Virus record (IMG/VR): IMGVR_UViG_3300033076_000745
Coordinates: 1 to 50,972 of that record
DNA: 50,972 nt
Reading direction: 5' to 3' (one strand)
Source: a virus
Lineage: Duplodnaviria; Caudoviricetes
A program made the translations under genes and the position numbers. The notes beneath the pieces are model-generated. The model did not search any database and was not told the origin of the DNA. It saw only the letters and a program-made list of their open reading frames with translations. Positions 28,578 through 37,338 of the stretch are shown in pieces. Within the stretch, counting starts at the first letter, position 1, and every line of letters starts with the position of its first letter.

Positions 28578-28606
28578 AAAGCATGGTAGAAGTATCATGC
28601 TTTTTT
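28578..28606 (+). terminator. Intrinsic terminator
   Basis: GCATGGTA-GAAG-TATCATGC followed by T6. Confidence 0.8.
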
Positions 28607-28620
28607 AATTTAAGAGTAAA

Positions 28621-29124
28621 ATGAAGTATACAATCAATAAAGTTTTAACAGAACAAGAATGTGCTGAAGCTTTAGAAATCTGTATGAAAGATGGAGAAAA
28701 GTTTTACTATACAAAAGAAGAAGTAAATAGCTGGGACTGTAGGAGAATATACAATCAGGATTTTAAAAACTACATACTCCAGAAATTAGAAGTAATACAT
28801 GATCTGGATAGTTTATACATTAAAGATGTAATTATTAGTTTAACTAGGTACTACGATTCCCGCCGTCTAGATTTACATTTAGATAGAAATTCTAACTACA
28901 CAACAGTAATACCTCTTACAGACAATTATACAGACGGAAGGTTTGTTTTATCTGAAATACACTGTCCCTTACCTGATGCAGAAGTAAAAGTAAGTTTGGA
29001 TAAAGGAGAAGGTATAACGTTCGAAGGTAACAGGATATACCACGGAGTAATGCCGGTACATAGTGGAGTTAGAAGTGCTCTAAACATATGGGTAGATGGG
29101 ATTAATAAAAATAAGTTATTATGA
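28621..29124 (+). CDS. 2OG-Fe(II) oxygenase
   Basis: LT.QEC, LHLD, YHGV.PV.SG.RSAL.IW. Confidence 0.85.
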   Translation: MKYTINKVLTEQECAEALEICMKDGEKFYYTKEEVNSWDCRRIYNQDFKNYILQKLEVIHDLDSLYIKDVIISLTRYYDSRRLDLHLDRNSNYTTVIPLTDNYTDGRFVLSEIHCPLPDAEVKVSLDKGEGITFEGNRIYHGVMPVHSGVRSALNIWVDGINKNKLL

Positions 29125-29768
29125 GAATTGCAATACTAACAAGCGCTAGAAGCGGCTCTACAAGTCTATACCATATTATAGAAAAACAACTCCTTACAAG
29201 GAAGTATTATTGTATATCTGAACCGTTCAACAAAGGATGGAGAGAACCAGCAGGATTGAATACATACGATATAGATTATTTTGAAGACAAGCAAGATATT
29301 TTTATTAAAACATTTGTGAGTAGTGGACAAAAACCAACAACCTTTGTCGATGATGAACATGGTTATTGGAAATGGTTCTTTGACTATTTCGAAAAAGTAA
29401 TTATTTTAGATAGAAAAGACAAGCAACTTCAAAGCGAAAGTATAACGTATCACCTTAAGAAAGCAGATCCTTATAGCTGGCAAAAACGACAGTATTACAA
29501 CTTAGATAAGATTTCACAAGAAGATATTAAGAAAAGCAAAGAGGTTTTATTTAGAGATTCAAGAATGATGCATTACTTTGCAAATAAGGGGTATCCTTTG
29601 TTCTACTTTGAAGATCTTTTCATTGAGAAAAATAGAGAAAAAGCTGAAAAGCTTTTTGAATACCTAGAGTTACCTTTGATAGAGAAAGATTATGAAGAGT
29701 TTATCAAATCAGATACCTATAAGATAAGATTGACAAAAGAAGAAGCTCGATTTAAAAGTATTATATGA
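29121..29768 (+). CDS. Sulfotransferase (Stf0-like)
   Basis: TSARSGSTSL, SEPFN, I.LDRKD...Q.ES, YFEDLF. Confidence 0.75.
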   Translation: MRIAILTSARSGSTSLYHIIEKQLLTRKYYCISEPFNKGWREPAGLNTYDIDYFEDKQDIFIKTFVSSGQKPTTFVDDEHGYWKWFFDYFEKVIILDRKDKQLQSESITYHLKKADPYSWQKRQYYNLDKISQEDIKKSKEVLFRDSRMMHYFANKGYPLFYFEDLFIEKNREKAEKLFEYLELPLIEKDYEEFIKSDTYKIRLTKEEARFKSII

Positions 29769-30445
29769 TATCAAGATCAGTTGTAAAAGTATTAGGGCCA
29801 TCCGCAACTCCTTTTGTAGAAAATTTCTTAACTAGAAATGAAAACTTTCTAGAAGAAAAGACCTTATCTACAAAGCTAACTGTAATAGGGAATTATATAA
29901 CTCTTTTACATAAAGAAGATTATAGTAAGTTAATAGATATAGATCCAGAGCAACTACTAAGCACGTACGACTCTTTTATTAATAACTATAAAGATAAGTA
30001 TACTACAGATAACTACAAAGAAGAGAATAAAGTTATATTAGATCACAGAGTAAATGGAGTTGGGTTTTACTGGGTAGACTTACAGAGAGAGTTTTCGATA
30101 GAATCTATGGTTAGATTAAAACACTGCGGTAGAGCTAATTACGGAAATACTTTACTAGAATTAAGAGAACAGGTACTAGGGGGAAACTTAAGCCATCTTG
30201 TTATAGTTTACGAAACAAGAACAGGTATTATTAGACAGGTAAAAGGAAAGTATAATTCTAAACCAGTTGAGAAATACTATAATCTTTTTTATGATTTTTT
30301 GATAAATACAGACTATAAGGTAACCAAGTACGTCCCTACATATAAGCCTGAAAATGATCTAAAAGTAGAAGAACTACCAATGACTATGCAACTGAACATC
30401 TACAAAAAATTTCCAAAATTAAACAAAAAAGGGAACCTTCTGTGA
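29765..30445 (+). CDS. Hypothetical protein with PcfJ-like C-terminal motif
   Basis: HCG...LRE...SH....IRQVKGKYNSKP. Confidence 0.5.
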   Translation: MISRSVVKVLGPSATPFVENFLTRNENFLEEKTLSTKLTVIGNYITLLHKEDYSKLIDIDPEQLLSTYDSFINNYKDKYTTDNYKEENKVILDHRVNGVGFYWVDLQREFSIESMVRLKHCGRANYGNTLLELREQVLGGNLSHLVIVYETRTGIIRQVKGKYNSKPVEKYYNLFYDFLINTDYKVTKYVPTYKPENDLKVEELPMTMQLNIYKKFPKLNKKGNLL

Positions 30446-30487
30446 GAATAACCGGTAGTAATTCCGGAAAGATGAATAGTAAAAAGC

Positions 30488-30518
30488 TTGCTTATTAGCG
30501 TAATTATTCGTATCTTAA
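30488..30518 (+). promoter_or_regulatory. -33/-7 promoter
   Basis: TTG-N20-TATCTTAA; CCGGA 47 nt upstream. Confidence 0.75.
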
Positions 30519-30522
30519 GTAT

Positions 30523-30630
30523 ATGGAAAATCAAGGAAAAAGACCTGATCAAATTAAATTCTCAGAAGACGCTACATTCTGGGCAATTGTAGGATTAATA
30601 ATTGTACTTCTGTACACAATAGTAAACTAG
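30523..30630 (+). CDS. Small membrane peptide (35 aa)
   Basis: Hand-translated MENQGKRPDQ...IVGLIIVLLYTIVN. Confidence 0.5.
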   Translation: MENQGKRPDQIKFSEDATFWAIVGLIIVLLYTIVN

Positions 30631-30631
30631 T

Positions 30632-31183
30632 ATGGAGATTAAATTTGCAGATAGCTTTTACGATAGTTTAAAGACGTTAGCTAGACAAAATACTTGGTGG
30701 TATAAGACTTATAAATTTTTACGATGGGATATTAAAAACTTTGTAAAAAATATATGGACCTTTCGTAAAGAACTTTGGGAGCATAGATGGTGGGACTATA
30801 GGTTTACTTTGAATATGTTTGAACGTTCTTTAGGAGTTTTAGAAAAAGGAATGAGTACTCAAGGGTATGAGGTTCCGGAAAGTAGAGACCCTAAAGTGAA
30901 AGCAATGCGTAGAGTATTAGAGCTTTTAAAGAATAATAGAGAAGATAACTACATCGACCGAGCAGAAGAAGAACTAGGACGACTACAAAATTTAGGAGGC
31001 TTTCTTGAAGGCATAAACGATACTCCAGAACAAGATGCACACAATAGAAAAGTTTTTGTTAGAGCTAGAGAAATAGAACAAGCGGAATGGAAAGAGCTTT
31101 GGAGTATTTTAGAAGGAACTAAGTACTCTAAGGTAACTGGTAAGAAGTACGATGGATCAGATATGAGAGGTTGGTGGGATTAA
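30632..31183 (+). CDS. Hypothetical phage protein
   Basis: Trp-rich; WWD motif internally and at the C-terminus. Confidence 0.65.
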   Translation: MEIKFADSFYDSLKTLARQNTWWYKTYKFLRWDIKNFVKNIWTFRKELWEHRWWDYRFTLNMFERSLGVLEKGMSTQGYEVPESRDPKVKAMRRVLELLKNNREDNYIDRAEEELGRLQNLGGFLEGINDTPEQDAHNRKVFVRAREIEQAEWKELWSILEGTKYSKVTGKKYDGSDMRGWWD

Positions 31184-31194
31184 AAATTAAATAT

Positions 31195-31833
31195 ATGAAT
31201 AATAAAGTAGAGTTATTAGGGTATTACGGAGATGATAAAGTACACGCACAATCAGCATGGACTTCAACAAGTAGAGATTTAACTCCAGAAAAGCTAGAAA
31301 GAATACCAAAACTTCTTAACATGTTAGCCTCAGAAGGACATGAGACTCCTTTTGAAAAAAGTTCACTTCACTTCCTTGTAACAGTAGACCAAGCAACACA
31401 CATACATTTACTTAAGCATCGTATTGGTGTTAGTATTAATGGGGAGTCTGCTCGATATAAAGAATTAAAAGAAGATAAGACATACTTACCTAGAGACTGG
31501 AATGGAATAGGGGATGAAAATGATACTTGGCTGTCTAGATTACAGACGTTTACTGAAGAAGGAAACAGATTATACCATAAAGCTTTAGAAGAGTTGACAC
31601 CGGTATTAGGAAGAAAGAGAGCTAAAGAATCTGCTAGGTTTTTTAAAACTTTTAACTCACAGATTGATATGGATATTATGTTTAACTTCCGATCATTTGT
31701 ACATTTTCAGAGACTACGAAATAGCGAACATGCTCAAAGAGAAGTAAGAGAGTTAGCTCAAGAGATGTTAGAGATAGTTAAGAATATAGAAGGAAATCCT
31801 TTTGAACATACAATTAAAGCATTTAACTTATAA
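31195..31833 (+). CDS. thyX: FAD-dependent thymidylate synthase ThyX (start moved to ATG 31195)
   Basis: GHETPFE, KHR...S.NGESARY, R...HAQREVR. Confidence 0.93.
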   Translation: MNNKVELLGYYGDDKVHAQSAWTSTSRDLTPEKLERIPKLLNMLASEGHETPFEKSSLHFLVTVDQATHIHLLKHRIGVSINGESARYKELKEDKTYLPRDWNGIGDENDTWLSRLQTFTEEGNRLYHKALEELTPVLGRKRAKESARFFKTFNSQIDMDIMFNFRSFVHFQRLRNSEHAQREVRELAQEMLEIVKNIEGNPFEHTIKAFNL

Positions 31834-31838
31834 CTAAT

Positions 31839-32000
31839 ATGGAATATTTACTAGTGTTTGGCATTATGTTTGTAGTAGTTGCATTACTCTCCTGGAGATG
31901 GGTACAAGGAATTGACTATATGCATAGGAATCATCCAGATTATAAAGGAGATGATCTATTCGGACCTTTTGATGAAGATGATAAAGATCACGTTCTCTAG
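31839..32000 (+). CDS. Small membrane protein (53 aa)
   Basis: Hand-translated; TM segment then GIDYM...HPDYKG. Confidence 0.55.
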   Translation: MEYLLVFGIMFVVVALLSWRWVQGIDYMHRNHPDYKGDDLFGPFDEDDKDHVL

Positions 32001-32013
32001 GGAAATTTTATAG

Positions 32014-32044
32014 TTGGATCTTATAATATAAGTTCGTATCTTTA
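32014..32044 (+). promoter_or_regulatory. -33/-7 promoter
   Basis: TTG-N20-TATCTTTA. Confidence 0.7.
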
Positions 32045-32058
32045 TAAAAAGAAAGTAA

Positions 32059-32199
32059 ATGATAGCAGTAGCAATTGGTGCTTTGGTTTCTCTAATTTGG
32101 ATAGTAGTTGAATACCATACCGCACCCACATTAGATCAAACCGGAAAAGTAATTAAAGAAGGTAAAAAGTTAAAAGACATTTTAAAACGTAAAAAATGA
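32059..32199 (+). CDS. Small membrane protein (46 aa)
   Basis: Hand-translated; TM segment plus basic tail. Confidence 0.5.
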   Translation: MIAVAIGALVSLIWIVVEYHTAPTLDQTGKVIKEGKKLKDILKRKK

Positions 32200-32447
32200 G
32201 AAATACTATAGTAGTAATTATTGGAGTTGTTATCTTATGTTTTTGGGCTATATCTACTAGGAATAAGTCTATAGAGTATAAGAAGCAAGTAGAAGCTTTA
32301 ACTCAAACTAAGGATAGTTTAGCAGCAGAGAACTTCATATTAAAAACTCAGGTAGGAAAATATGAGTTGACATTGGACTACTTACAAGGAGTAAACCCAA
32401 AAGCAGCTCTTCAGGCTAATAACTATATGAATCATGAAACCGAATAG
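32196..32447 (+). CDS. Membrane-anchored coiled-coil protein
   Basis: N-terminal TM; shares DSL and YE...YL...P.A with the next ORF. Confidence 0.6.
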   Translation: MRNTIVVIIGVVILCFWAISTRNKSIEYKKQVEALTQTKDSLAAENFILKTQVGKYELTLDYLQGVNPKAALQANNYMNHETE

Positions 32448-32805
32448 ATTGTTTGATATCATTGGAATTGTTTCTATAGTTGTATTAGTAATCGTTATTG
32501 TATCAAAATGTACTAGCGATGTTATTGTAGAACCTATACAAACAGCTAACAGCAGTAAGGTTGATTCTTTGCAGACTATTATAGATTCACTTCAAGCTGA
32601 AATTGAGTTTCAAAGTGAAGGATTTGATGATAAAGAACATCGTTACGAAGATGTTATTTCAGAGTATGAATTTGGGATTGAATATTTAGAAAAATACCAT
32701 CCAGAAGCTTATAGAGACTTTCATAGAATAATCGGCTTTAAAGAACGCTTCAGAAGATCTGACGAACGAGAAAATAAAAAAAGGTTACATGTCGAAAAAT
32801 ATTAA
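32434..32805 (+). CDS. Membrane-anchored or lipoprotein-like coiled-coil protein
   Basis: TM ending VSKC; DSL repeats. Confidence 0.6.
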   Translation: MKPNRLFDIIGIVSIVVLVIVIVSKCTSDVIVEPIQTANSSKVDSLQTIIDSLQAEIEFQSEGFDDKEHRYEDVISEYEFGIEYLEKYHPEAYRDFHRIIGFKERFRRSDERENKKRLHVEKY

Positions 32806-33175
32806 ACCCATACATAAATTTAACGGAGGAAGAGGAGCTACTCTTTGCCATAAATGCCGTAAAATTATTTCAGTAGGAATGACTGATGACTTGTACTGTG
32901 AAGAACACGGAGGTAAACAGCCTAAGTACAAGCTTATTCGCTCTAGAGATAATATGACCGTATCAGGAGATAGGGTACTTTGGATAGAGTGGAATGAAAA
33001 CGGAACCTTTAAACAAGAATATGAGACTCCAAGGATAGGAGCTAGTTTAGTAGTAGATCCTAGCTACGGAACCTATACTTGGTTAACTACCGTAGTAGAG
33101 TCTTTCACAGAAAAAGAAGGAGTTATTACTTTTAATACGACTAACAGCACATATAAACTTATCATAAATGGCTAA
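32789..33175 (+). CDS. Hypothetical protein with N-terminal Zn-binding motif
   Basis: HKFNGG.GATLCHKC...CEEH. Confidence 0.6.
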   Translation: MSKNIKPIHKFNGGRGATLCHKCRKIISVGMTDDLYCEEHGGKQPKYKLIRSRDNMTVSGDRVLWIEWNENGTFKQEYETPRIGASLVVDPSYGTYTWLTTVVESFTEKEGVITFNTTNSTYKLIING

Positions 33176-33413
33176 AGCAATATTAGAATTTAATCTAGAT
33201 GAATTCGAAGATGAATCTGCTCATATGAGATGTGTTAAAGCAAAAGACATGGCTTTAGCATTATGGGATCTAGATCAGCATTTAAGAGCACAGACTAAGT
33301 ATGCCCCAGATTCAATGCCTGGTGAAGTATATGATGCATTACAAGAAACAAGAGATAAGTTATATGAGATAATGAACTCGTATAATATTGATTTAGACGA
33401 ATTATTAAAATAG
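33168..33413 (+). CDS. Hypothetical phage protein
   Basis: MAKAILEFNL start, 81 aa. Confidence 0.6.
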   Translation: MAKAILEFNLDEFEDESAHMRCVKAKDMALALWDLDQHLRAQTKYAPDSMPGEVYDALQETRDKLYEIMNSYNIDLDELLK

Positions 33414-33419
33414 AAAGTT

Positions 33420-33677
33420 ATGCCAACATTTTACGCAGACGATATCGACATCGATGTTGATGAATTTATTAGCAGCTGTAGTAGCAGCGAAATTGACGAG
33501 TTAATTGATTGCCTAGTAGAAGGGGGTTATATCAATCCAAGTAGGCTTATTCAAGAAAAAGGAATGAGCGTAGGAGAGACTTTTTACGTAGAAGCTATCG
33601 AAAAGTTAGCTGACAAATACCATATGCTTACTCGAGAAGAAGAGGAGCTTATTATTAAATTATCAAAAAGGTTTTAA
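33420..33677 (+). CDS. Hypothetical acidic protein
   Basis: 85-aa ORF. Confidence 0.6.
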   Translation: MPTFYADDIDIDVDEFISSCSSSEIDELIDCLVEGGYINPSRLIQEKGMSVGETFYVEAIEKLADKYHMLTREEEELIIKLSKRF

Positions 33678-33678
33678 T

Positions 33679-33864
33679 ATGAAAAACATTTTAAAGTCGG
33701 TAGAACCGATCTTAGTAGCTGTAGGTGTTTTATTGACATTAAACGAGCTAGTCTTCCCCGCATTAACAGCCGCAGATACTTTATTAAACTACTCAGCTAG
33801 TTTCTTAATAGTAGCTATGGGGTTATTTTTATTCACATATATTCACTCAAAACTAAACAAGTAA
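33679..33864 (+). CDS. Small two-TM protein
   Basis: Hydrophobic; directly upstream of the SPFH gene. Confidence 0.55.
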   Translation: MKNILKSVEPILVAVGVLLTLNELVFPALTAADTLLNYSASFLIVAMGLFLFTYIHSKLNK

Positions 33865-33867
33865 GTT

Positions 33868-34779
33868 ATGGCATTTTACGATTCAGATTATCAAGCACAA
33901 AGACAAAAAGAGCAAGAAGAGTACAAATTAAATCAACAATTAAAAATTAAAAAAGTGGTAAAAACAGTTATCAGTTCAGTAGTAGGTTTTATCTTACTAA
34001 TCGTTTTATTTAAATCATGCGAGCGTATTGATGCCGGGCATGTAGGTGTTAAGGTAAATCAGTATGGAGACAACAAAGGCGTAGATGATGTTGTAGCAGT
34101 AACAGGTATGGTATTCTACAATCCGTTTACAACTACTGTTTATGAGTTCCCTACATTTATTCAACATAAAGAATATAAAGGAGAAAATTCATTCGTAGTG
34201 AATAGTAAAGACGGATCTGAATTTAACGTATCACCTATTATGAACTACTCAGTACAGCGAGAGAAAGTACCGTCGATCTTTTCTAAGTACCGTAGACCAT
34301 TAGAGGATATTGAAGAAGGTTTCTTGAAAACAGCAGTATATGACGCATTCAGATTAGCAACTAACAAGTACACAGCTGATGAGTTAATTAGCAATAGAGC
34401 AGTATTTGAAATTGAAGTTCGTAGATTATTAGACGGTCAGTTATTAAAAGAAGGATTTGTAATCAACCAGTTTACTTCTAACTTAATCTACCCAGAGACG
34501 TTTAAAAAGTCTATCGAAGCTAAGAACAATGCAGTACAGGCAGCATTAAGAGCTGAGAATGAGGTTAAGACAGCAGAAGCACAAGCTAAGATTAAGGTAG
34601 CTACTGCAGAAGGTAATGCTCAAGCTATGCTTACACAAGCTAAGGCAGAAGCAGAAGCAAATAGAATGAAGCAACAAACATTGACTCCATTGTTATTACA
34701 ATTAGAGTATATTAATAAATGGGACGGTAAGTTACCAGTTTACGGTACAGTTCCACAGATGTTTAAAAACATTAACTAG
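33868..34779 (+). CDS. SPFH/band-7/prohibitin domain protein
   Basis: IDAGHVGVKV, SKDG, Ala/Glu coiled coil, YI.KWDGKLP. Confidence 0.92.
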   Translation: MAFYDSDYQAQRQKEQEEYKLNQQLKIKKVVKTVISSVVGFILLIVLFKSCERIDAGHVGVKVNQYGDNKGVDDVVAVTGMVFYNPFTTTVYEFPTFIQHKEYKGENSFVVNSKDGSEFNVSPIMNYSVQREKVPSIFSKYRRPLEDIEEGFLKTAVYDAFRLATNKYTADELISNRAVFEIEVRRLLDGQLLKEGFVINQFTSNLIYPETFKKSIEAKNNAVQAALRAENEVKTAEAQAKIKVATAEGNAQAMLTQAKAEAEANRMKQQTLTPLLLQLEYINKWDGKLPVYGTVPQMFKNIN

Positions 34780-34780
34780 A

Positions 34781-35002
34781 ATGTCAGAAGATATTCAAAA
34801 GTCAGAAAATCCAATCAACCCAGGACACTACCTGGAGTTGATGGATAGACTGGCAGTACAGACAGATGTTTTACATGATCACGTCTACGAACATCCTCTT
34901 ACAGAGGTGTTACCAGAAGTAAAAGCTAAGATAGAGGTTGCATTAACTAACTTATATGAAGCTTATCAAATAGTAGGAAGTTTAGACTCTGATATAAATT
35001 AA
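34781..35002 (+). CDS. Hypothetical protein
   Basis: 73-aa ORF. Confidence 0.55.
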   Translation: MSEDIQKSENPINPGHYLELMDRLAVQTDVLHDHVYEHPLTEVLPEVKAKIEVALTNLYEAYQIVGSLDSDIN

Positions 35003-35009
35003 ATTTAAT

Positions 35010-35327
35010 ATGAAAAAGTTACTAACAATTCTAAGTTTTTTTTTACTAAGCAATGCTGTAGGTCAAACTCAAAGCTTTAAAGATAAAGTTGAAGAGATTG
35101 TTATAGGTCATAATAAGTATAAAATTGCAGTAAAGTATACTCATTCCGGACACCGTATCTATATTCCTATGAGAAAGGTATTTAACGGTAAGATATTACG
35201 TGAGTGGGTTTATAGTGACTTTATTTTTAATACCCGTTCTGGAGCTTTGGAAGTAATCAAAGAGTGGAAAGAAGAGGAAGAGCAAGCTAGAAAGTTAAAG
35301 CGAGTGGAATATATCTACATCAAATAG
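35010..35327 (+). CDS. Hypothetical protein with signal-peptide-like N-terminus
   Basis: MKKLLTILSFFLLSNAVG-Q. Confidence 0.6.
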   Translation: MKKLLTILSFFLLSNAVGQTQSFKDKVEEIVIGHNKYKIAVKYTHSGHRIYIPMRKVFNGKILREWVYSDFIFNTRSGALEVIKEWKEEEEQARKLKRVEYIYIK

Positions 35328-35328
35328 T

Positions 35329-35359
35329 TTGTAGAGAAGCTAAGATTCCTTATATTTAT
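35329..35359 (+). promoter_or_regulatory. Promoter-like motif
   Basis: TTG-N19-TATATTTA, overlapping a TATTTAT. Confidence 0.5.
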
Positions 35360-35376
35360 TAATATAATCTTAGTTT

Positions 35377-35979
35377 ATGTTAAATGATCCAAACGTTCAA
35401 GCATTTCTCCAGCACGTTAAAACAGAGTGTAAGAAACATAAAATAACACTTCAATTAAGACCAGTTAAGTACTTACTACTTACAGGAAATATTAAATGTG
35501 GTGGATACTTTGACTCAGAAGAGAGAAAGTTAGTAGTAGCTACAAAGAACGAAGATGCCTGGTTAGGTTTACTAGTTCACGAATACGGACATTTAACTCA
35601 ATGGGCAGAAGGATGTAAAGAATGGGTAGAGGGATGTGAAGGAATTGGCCATCTAGAAGATTGGTTAGCCGGTAAGAGGAAGAAGAATATAAAGCAGCAT
35701 ATAGATAGAAGTAGAGACCTTGAATTAGACAATGAGAAACGCTCAGTTAAACTGATAAAGCAATGGAACTTACCTATCGACATAAAAGATTATATTAAAA
35801 GAGCAAATGCATATGTTCAGTTTTATAACTGGATGTATTATTCCAGAAGATGGAGTAAGCCAGGTAACTCTCCATATAGAAACCAAGCAATTTATGATGC
35901 TATGCCAGATACGTTTAGAATGAATTACAAACAAATGGCTAAGAAGTATCAGAAATTATATCAAGAACAAAATATATAA
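35377..35979 (+). CDS. HEXXH zinc-metallopeptidase-like protein
   Basis: GGYFD...LVHEYGH..QW, distal ELDNE. Confidence 0.7.
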   Translation: MLNDPNVQAFLQHVKTECKKHKITLQLRPVKYLLLTGNIKCGGYFDSEERKLVVATKNEDAWLGLLVHEYGHLTQWAEGCKEWVEGCEGIGHLEDWLAGKRKKNIKQHIDRSRDLELDNEKRSVKLIKQWNLPIDIKDYIKRANAYVQFYNWMYYSRRWSKPGNSPYRNQAIYDAMPDTFRMNYKQMAKKYQKLYQEQNI

Positions 35980-35996
35980 ACCAACCAACAAATGTT

Positions 35997-36188
35997 ATGA
36001 AGACAAAAAGTTATTACGTAGCTTCGACTAGAATCTCACCTAAGATCGCAGATCTAGTACAATACGGACATCATATTGTAATTGAAGATATTACATATGA
36101 ATTATTAAAATCAGCTCCAAGAGGACGATCAATTAAGAGACGCCTTCAAAATACAGAAACAGAAGAACAGCTTATAATCTTTAACTAA
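35997..36188 (+). CDS. Hypothetical protein
   Basis: 63-aa ORF. Confidence 0.5.
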   Translation: MKTKSYYVASTRISPKIADLVQYGHHIVIEDITYELLKSAPRGRSIKRRLQNTETEEQLIIFN

Positions 36189-36189
36189 T

Positions 36190-36423
36190 ATGAATAAGAT
36201 CTTTGAAATAGTAGAAGCCTGGTCAACAGCTATGAACCCTTCCCCTATTCGAAAAAGATTGGCAGAGATTAGATATGGAGTATGTTCTAATTGTGAGTTT
36301 AGAGGAACAAATGCTGTAAACATAGAAGTATGTAATGCATGTGGATGCCCTCTCAAAGCAAAGATATTCACATCAGCTACCCCTGCACAGAATAACTGTC
36401 CAAAAGGAAAATGGCCAGCTTAA
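36190..36423 (+). CDS. Cys-rich small protein, paralogue of 26563..26859
   Basis: EI.EAW....P....LAE.R..VC..C...C..CGCPL..K.F...CP.GKW. Confidence 0.7.
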   Translation: MNKIFEIVEAWSTAMNPSPIRKRLAEIRYGVCSNCEFRGTNAVNIEVCNACGCPLKAKIFTSATPAQNNCPKGKWPA

Positions 36424-36434
36424 ACTTTTAATAC

Positions 36435-36623
36435 ATGGAACAATACTTAATTATATACTATCTCTGTTTAGGAATGGTATGGGGTGCTTGGTTAGAGTGG
36501 TTTACAACTAGTAGAGAAATAGGACCACCTTGGGATCTAGGAGACAGAATGAGAAATGTTTTCTTATGGCCTGTAATAGTAGCAGTATTCTTATACTACT
36601 TCTTTAACGAAGATGAAGAATAG
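36435..36623 (+). CDS. Small two-TM protein
   Basis: Hydrophobic, LWP motif. Confidence 0.55.
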   Translation: MEQYLIIYYLCLGMVWGAWLEWFTTSREIGPPWDLGDRMRNVFLWPVIVAVFLYYFFNEDEE

Positions 36624-36649
36624 TTCCGGAAAAGTATTTACTAAGTTAG

Positions 36650-36680
36650 TTGCCTCTGAAAGATATAGTTCGTATCTTAA
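36650..36680 (+). promoter_or_regulatory. -33/-7 promoter
   Basis: TTG-N20-TATCTTAA; CCGGA 47 nt upstream. Confidence 0.8.
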
Positions 36681-36703
36681 GGTATAATTAAAAGATAAAG
36701 GTT

Positions 36704-37120
36704 ATGATGATTACAAAAAGTTATATTAATCGCTACAGCGATAGAATTGTCTTCCAACAGAATGGAGATTCTATTTTAATGTCTGGGTACTCTCCAGAAT
36801 ATTGCCGTTTTGGATGGCCTAATGACTATACCAAAGCTTATCAAGCTTATTGTGACGTAATCTATGAACAACCAGACGGTATTCCAATGTCCTTAGATAG
36901 GTTTAAAGAAGTAGTTCATGACTATAGAGAAGGTACTAATTGGATTATAAAGTTATTCGGTCCACTAGTTGAATCTGATAAATCAACTTATAGTATGTTT
37001 GATCCTTCAGGAGGTCCTTATATCGGATTGGGATTAGATATGAAATGTTTTGGATTAGAAGGAATTGTAGATCGTATTGAGTTAACAGAAGATAAAGTAT
37101 TACTAACAGTTAAAAAATAA
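36704..37120 (+). CDS. Hypothetical protein
   Basis: NRY.D...DPSGGPYI motif. Confidence 0.6.
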   Translation: MMITKSYINRYSDRIVFQQNGDSILMSGYSPEYCRFGWPNDYTKAYQAYCDVIYEQPDGIPMSLDRFKEVVHDYREGTNWIIKLFGPLVESDKSTYSMFDPSGGPYIGLGLDMKCFGLEGIVDRIELTEDKVLLTVKK

Positions 37121-37125
37121 AGGTT

Positions 37126-37338
37126 ATGAGCAACGAGAAAAAGACAGCTGCATTTATGAAAGTCTATAAGACTATTCAGTCATTAAATAACATTCTTCAG
37201 TTTGAAGCTTGTGAGAAAATGATAGAAATCTATACTAAGTTTGAAGTTGGATTAGGTACAGATCCTAATATCGCATTGGAAAAACAAGCGATTTTGAAGG
37301 AATTCTATAATGCAAAACAAGCAGAATTTGCTGCATAA
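37126..37338 (+). CDS. Hypothetical protein
   Basis: AAAGGTT-ATG start. Confidence 0.55.
   Translation: MSNEKKTAAFMKVYKTIQSLNNILQFEACEKMIEIYTKFEVGLGTDPNIALEKQAILKEFYNAKQAEFAA

Noticed and set aside
32196-32805. Overlapping membrane/lipoprotein pair as spanins
   Set aside because: The two look like paralogues of each other, lack a Pro-rich o-spanin character and are not near lysis genes.
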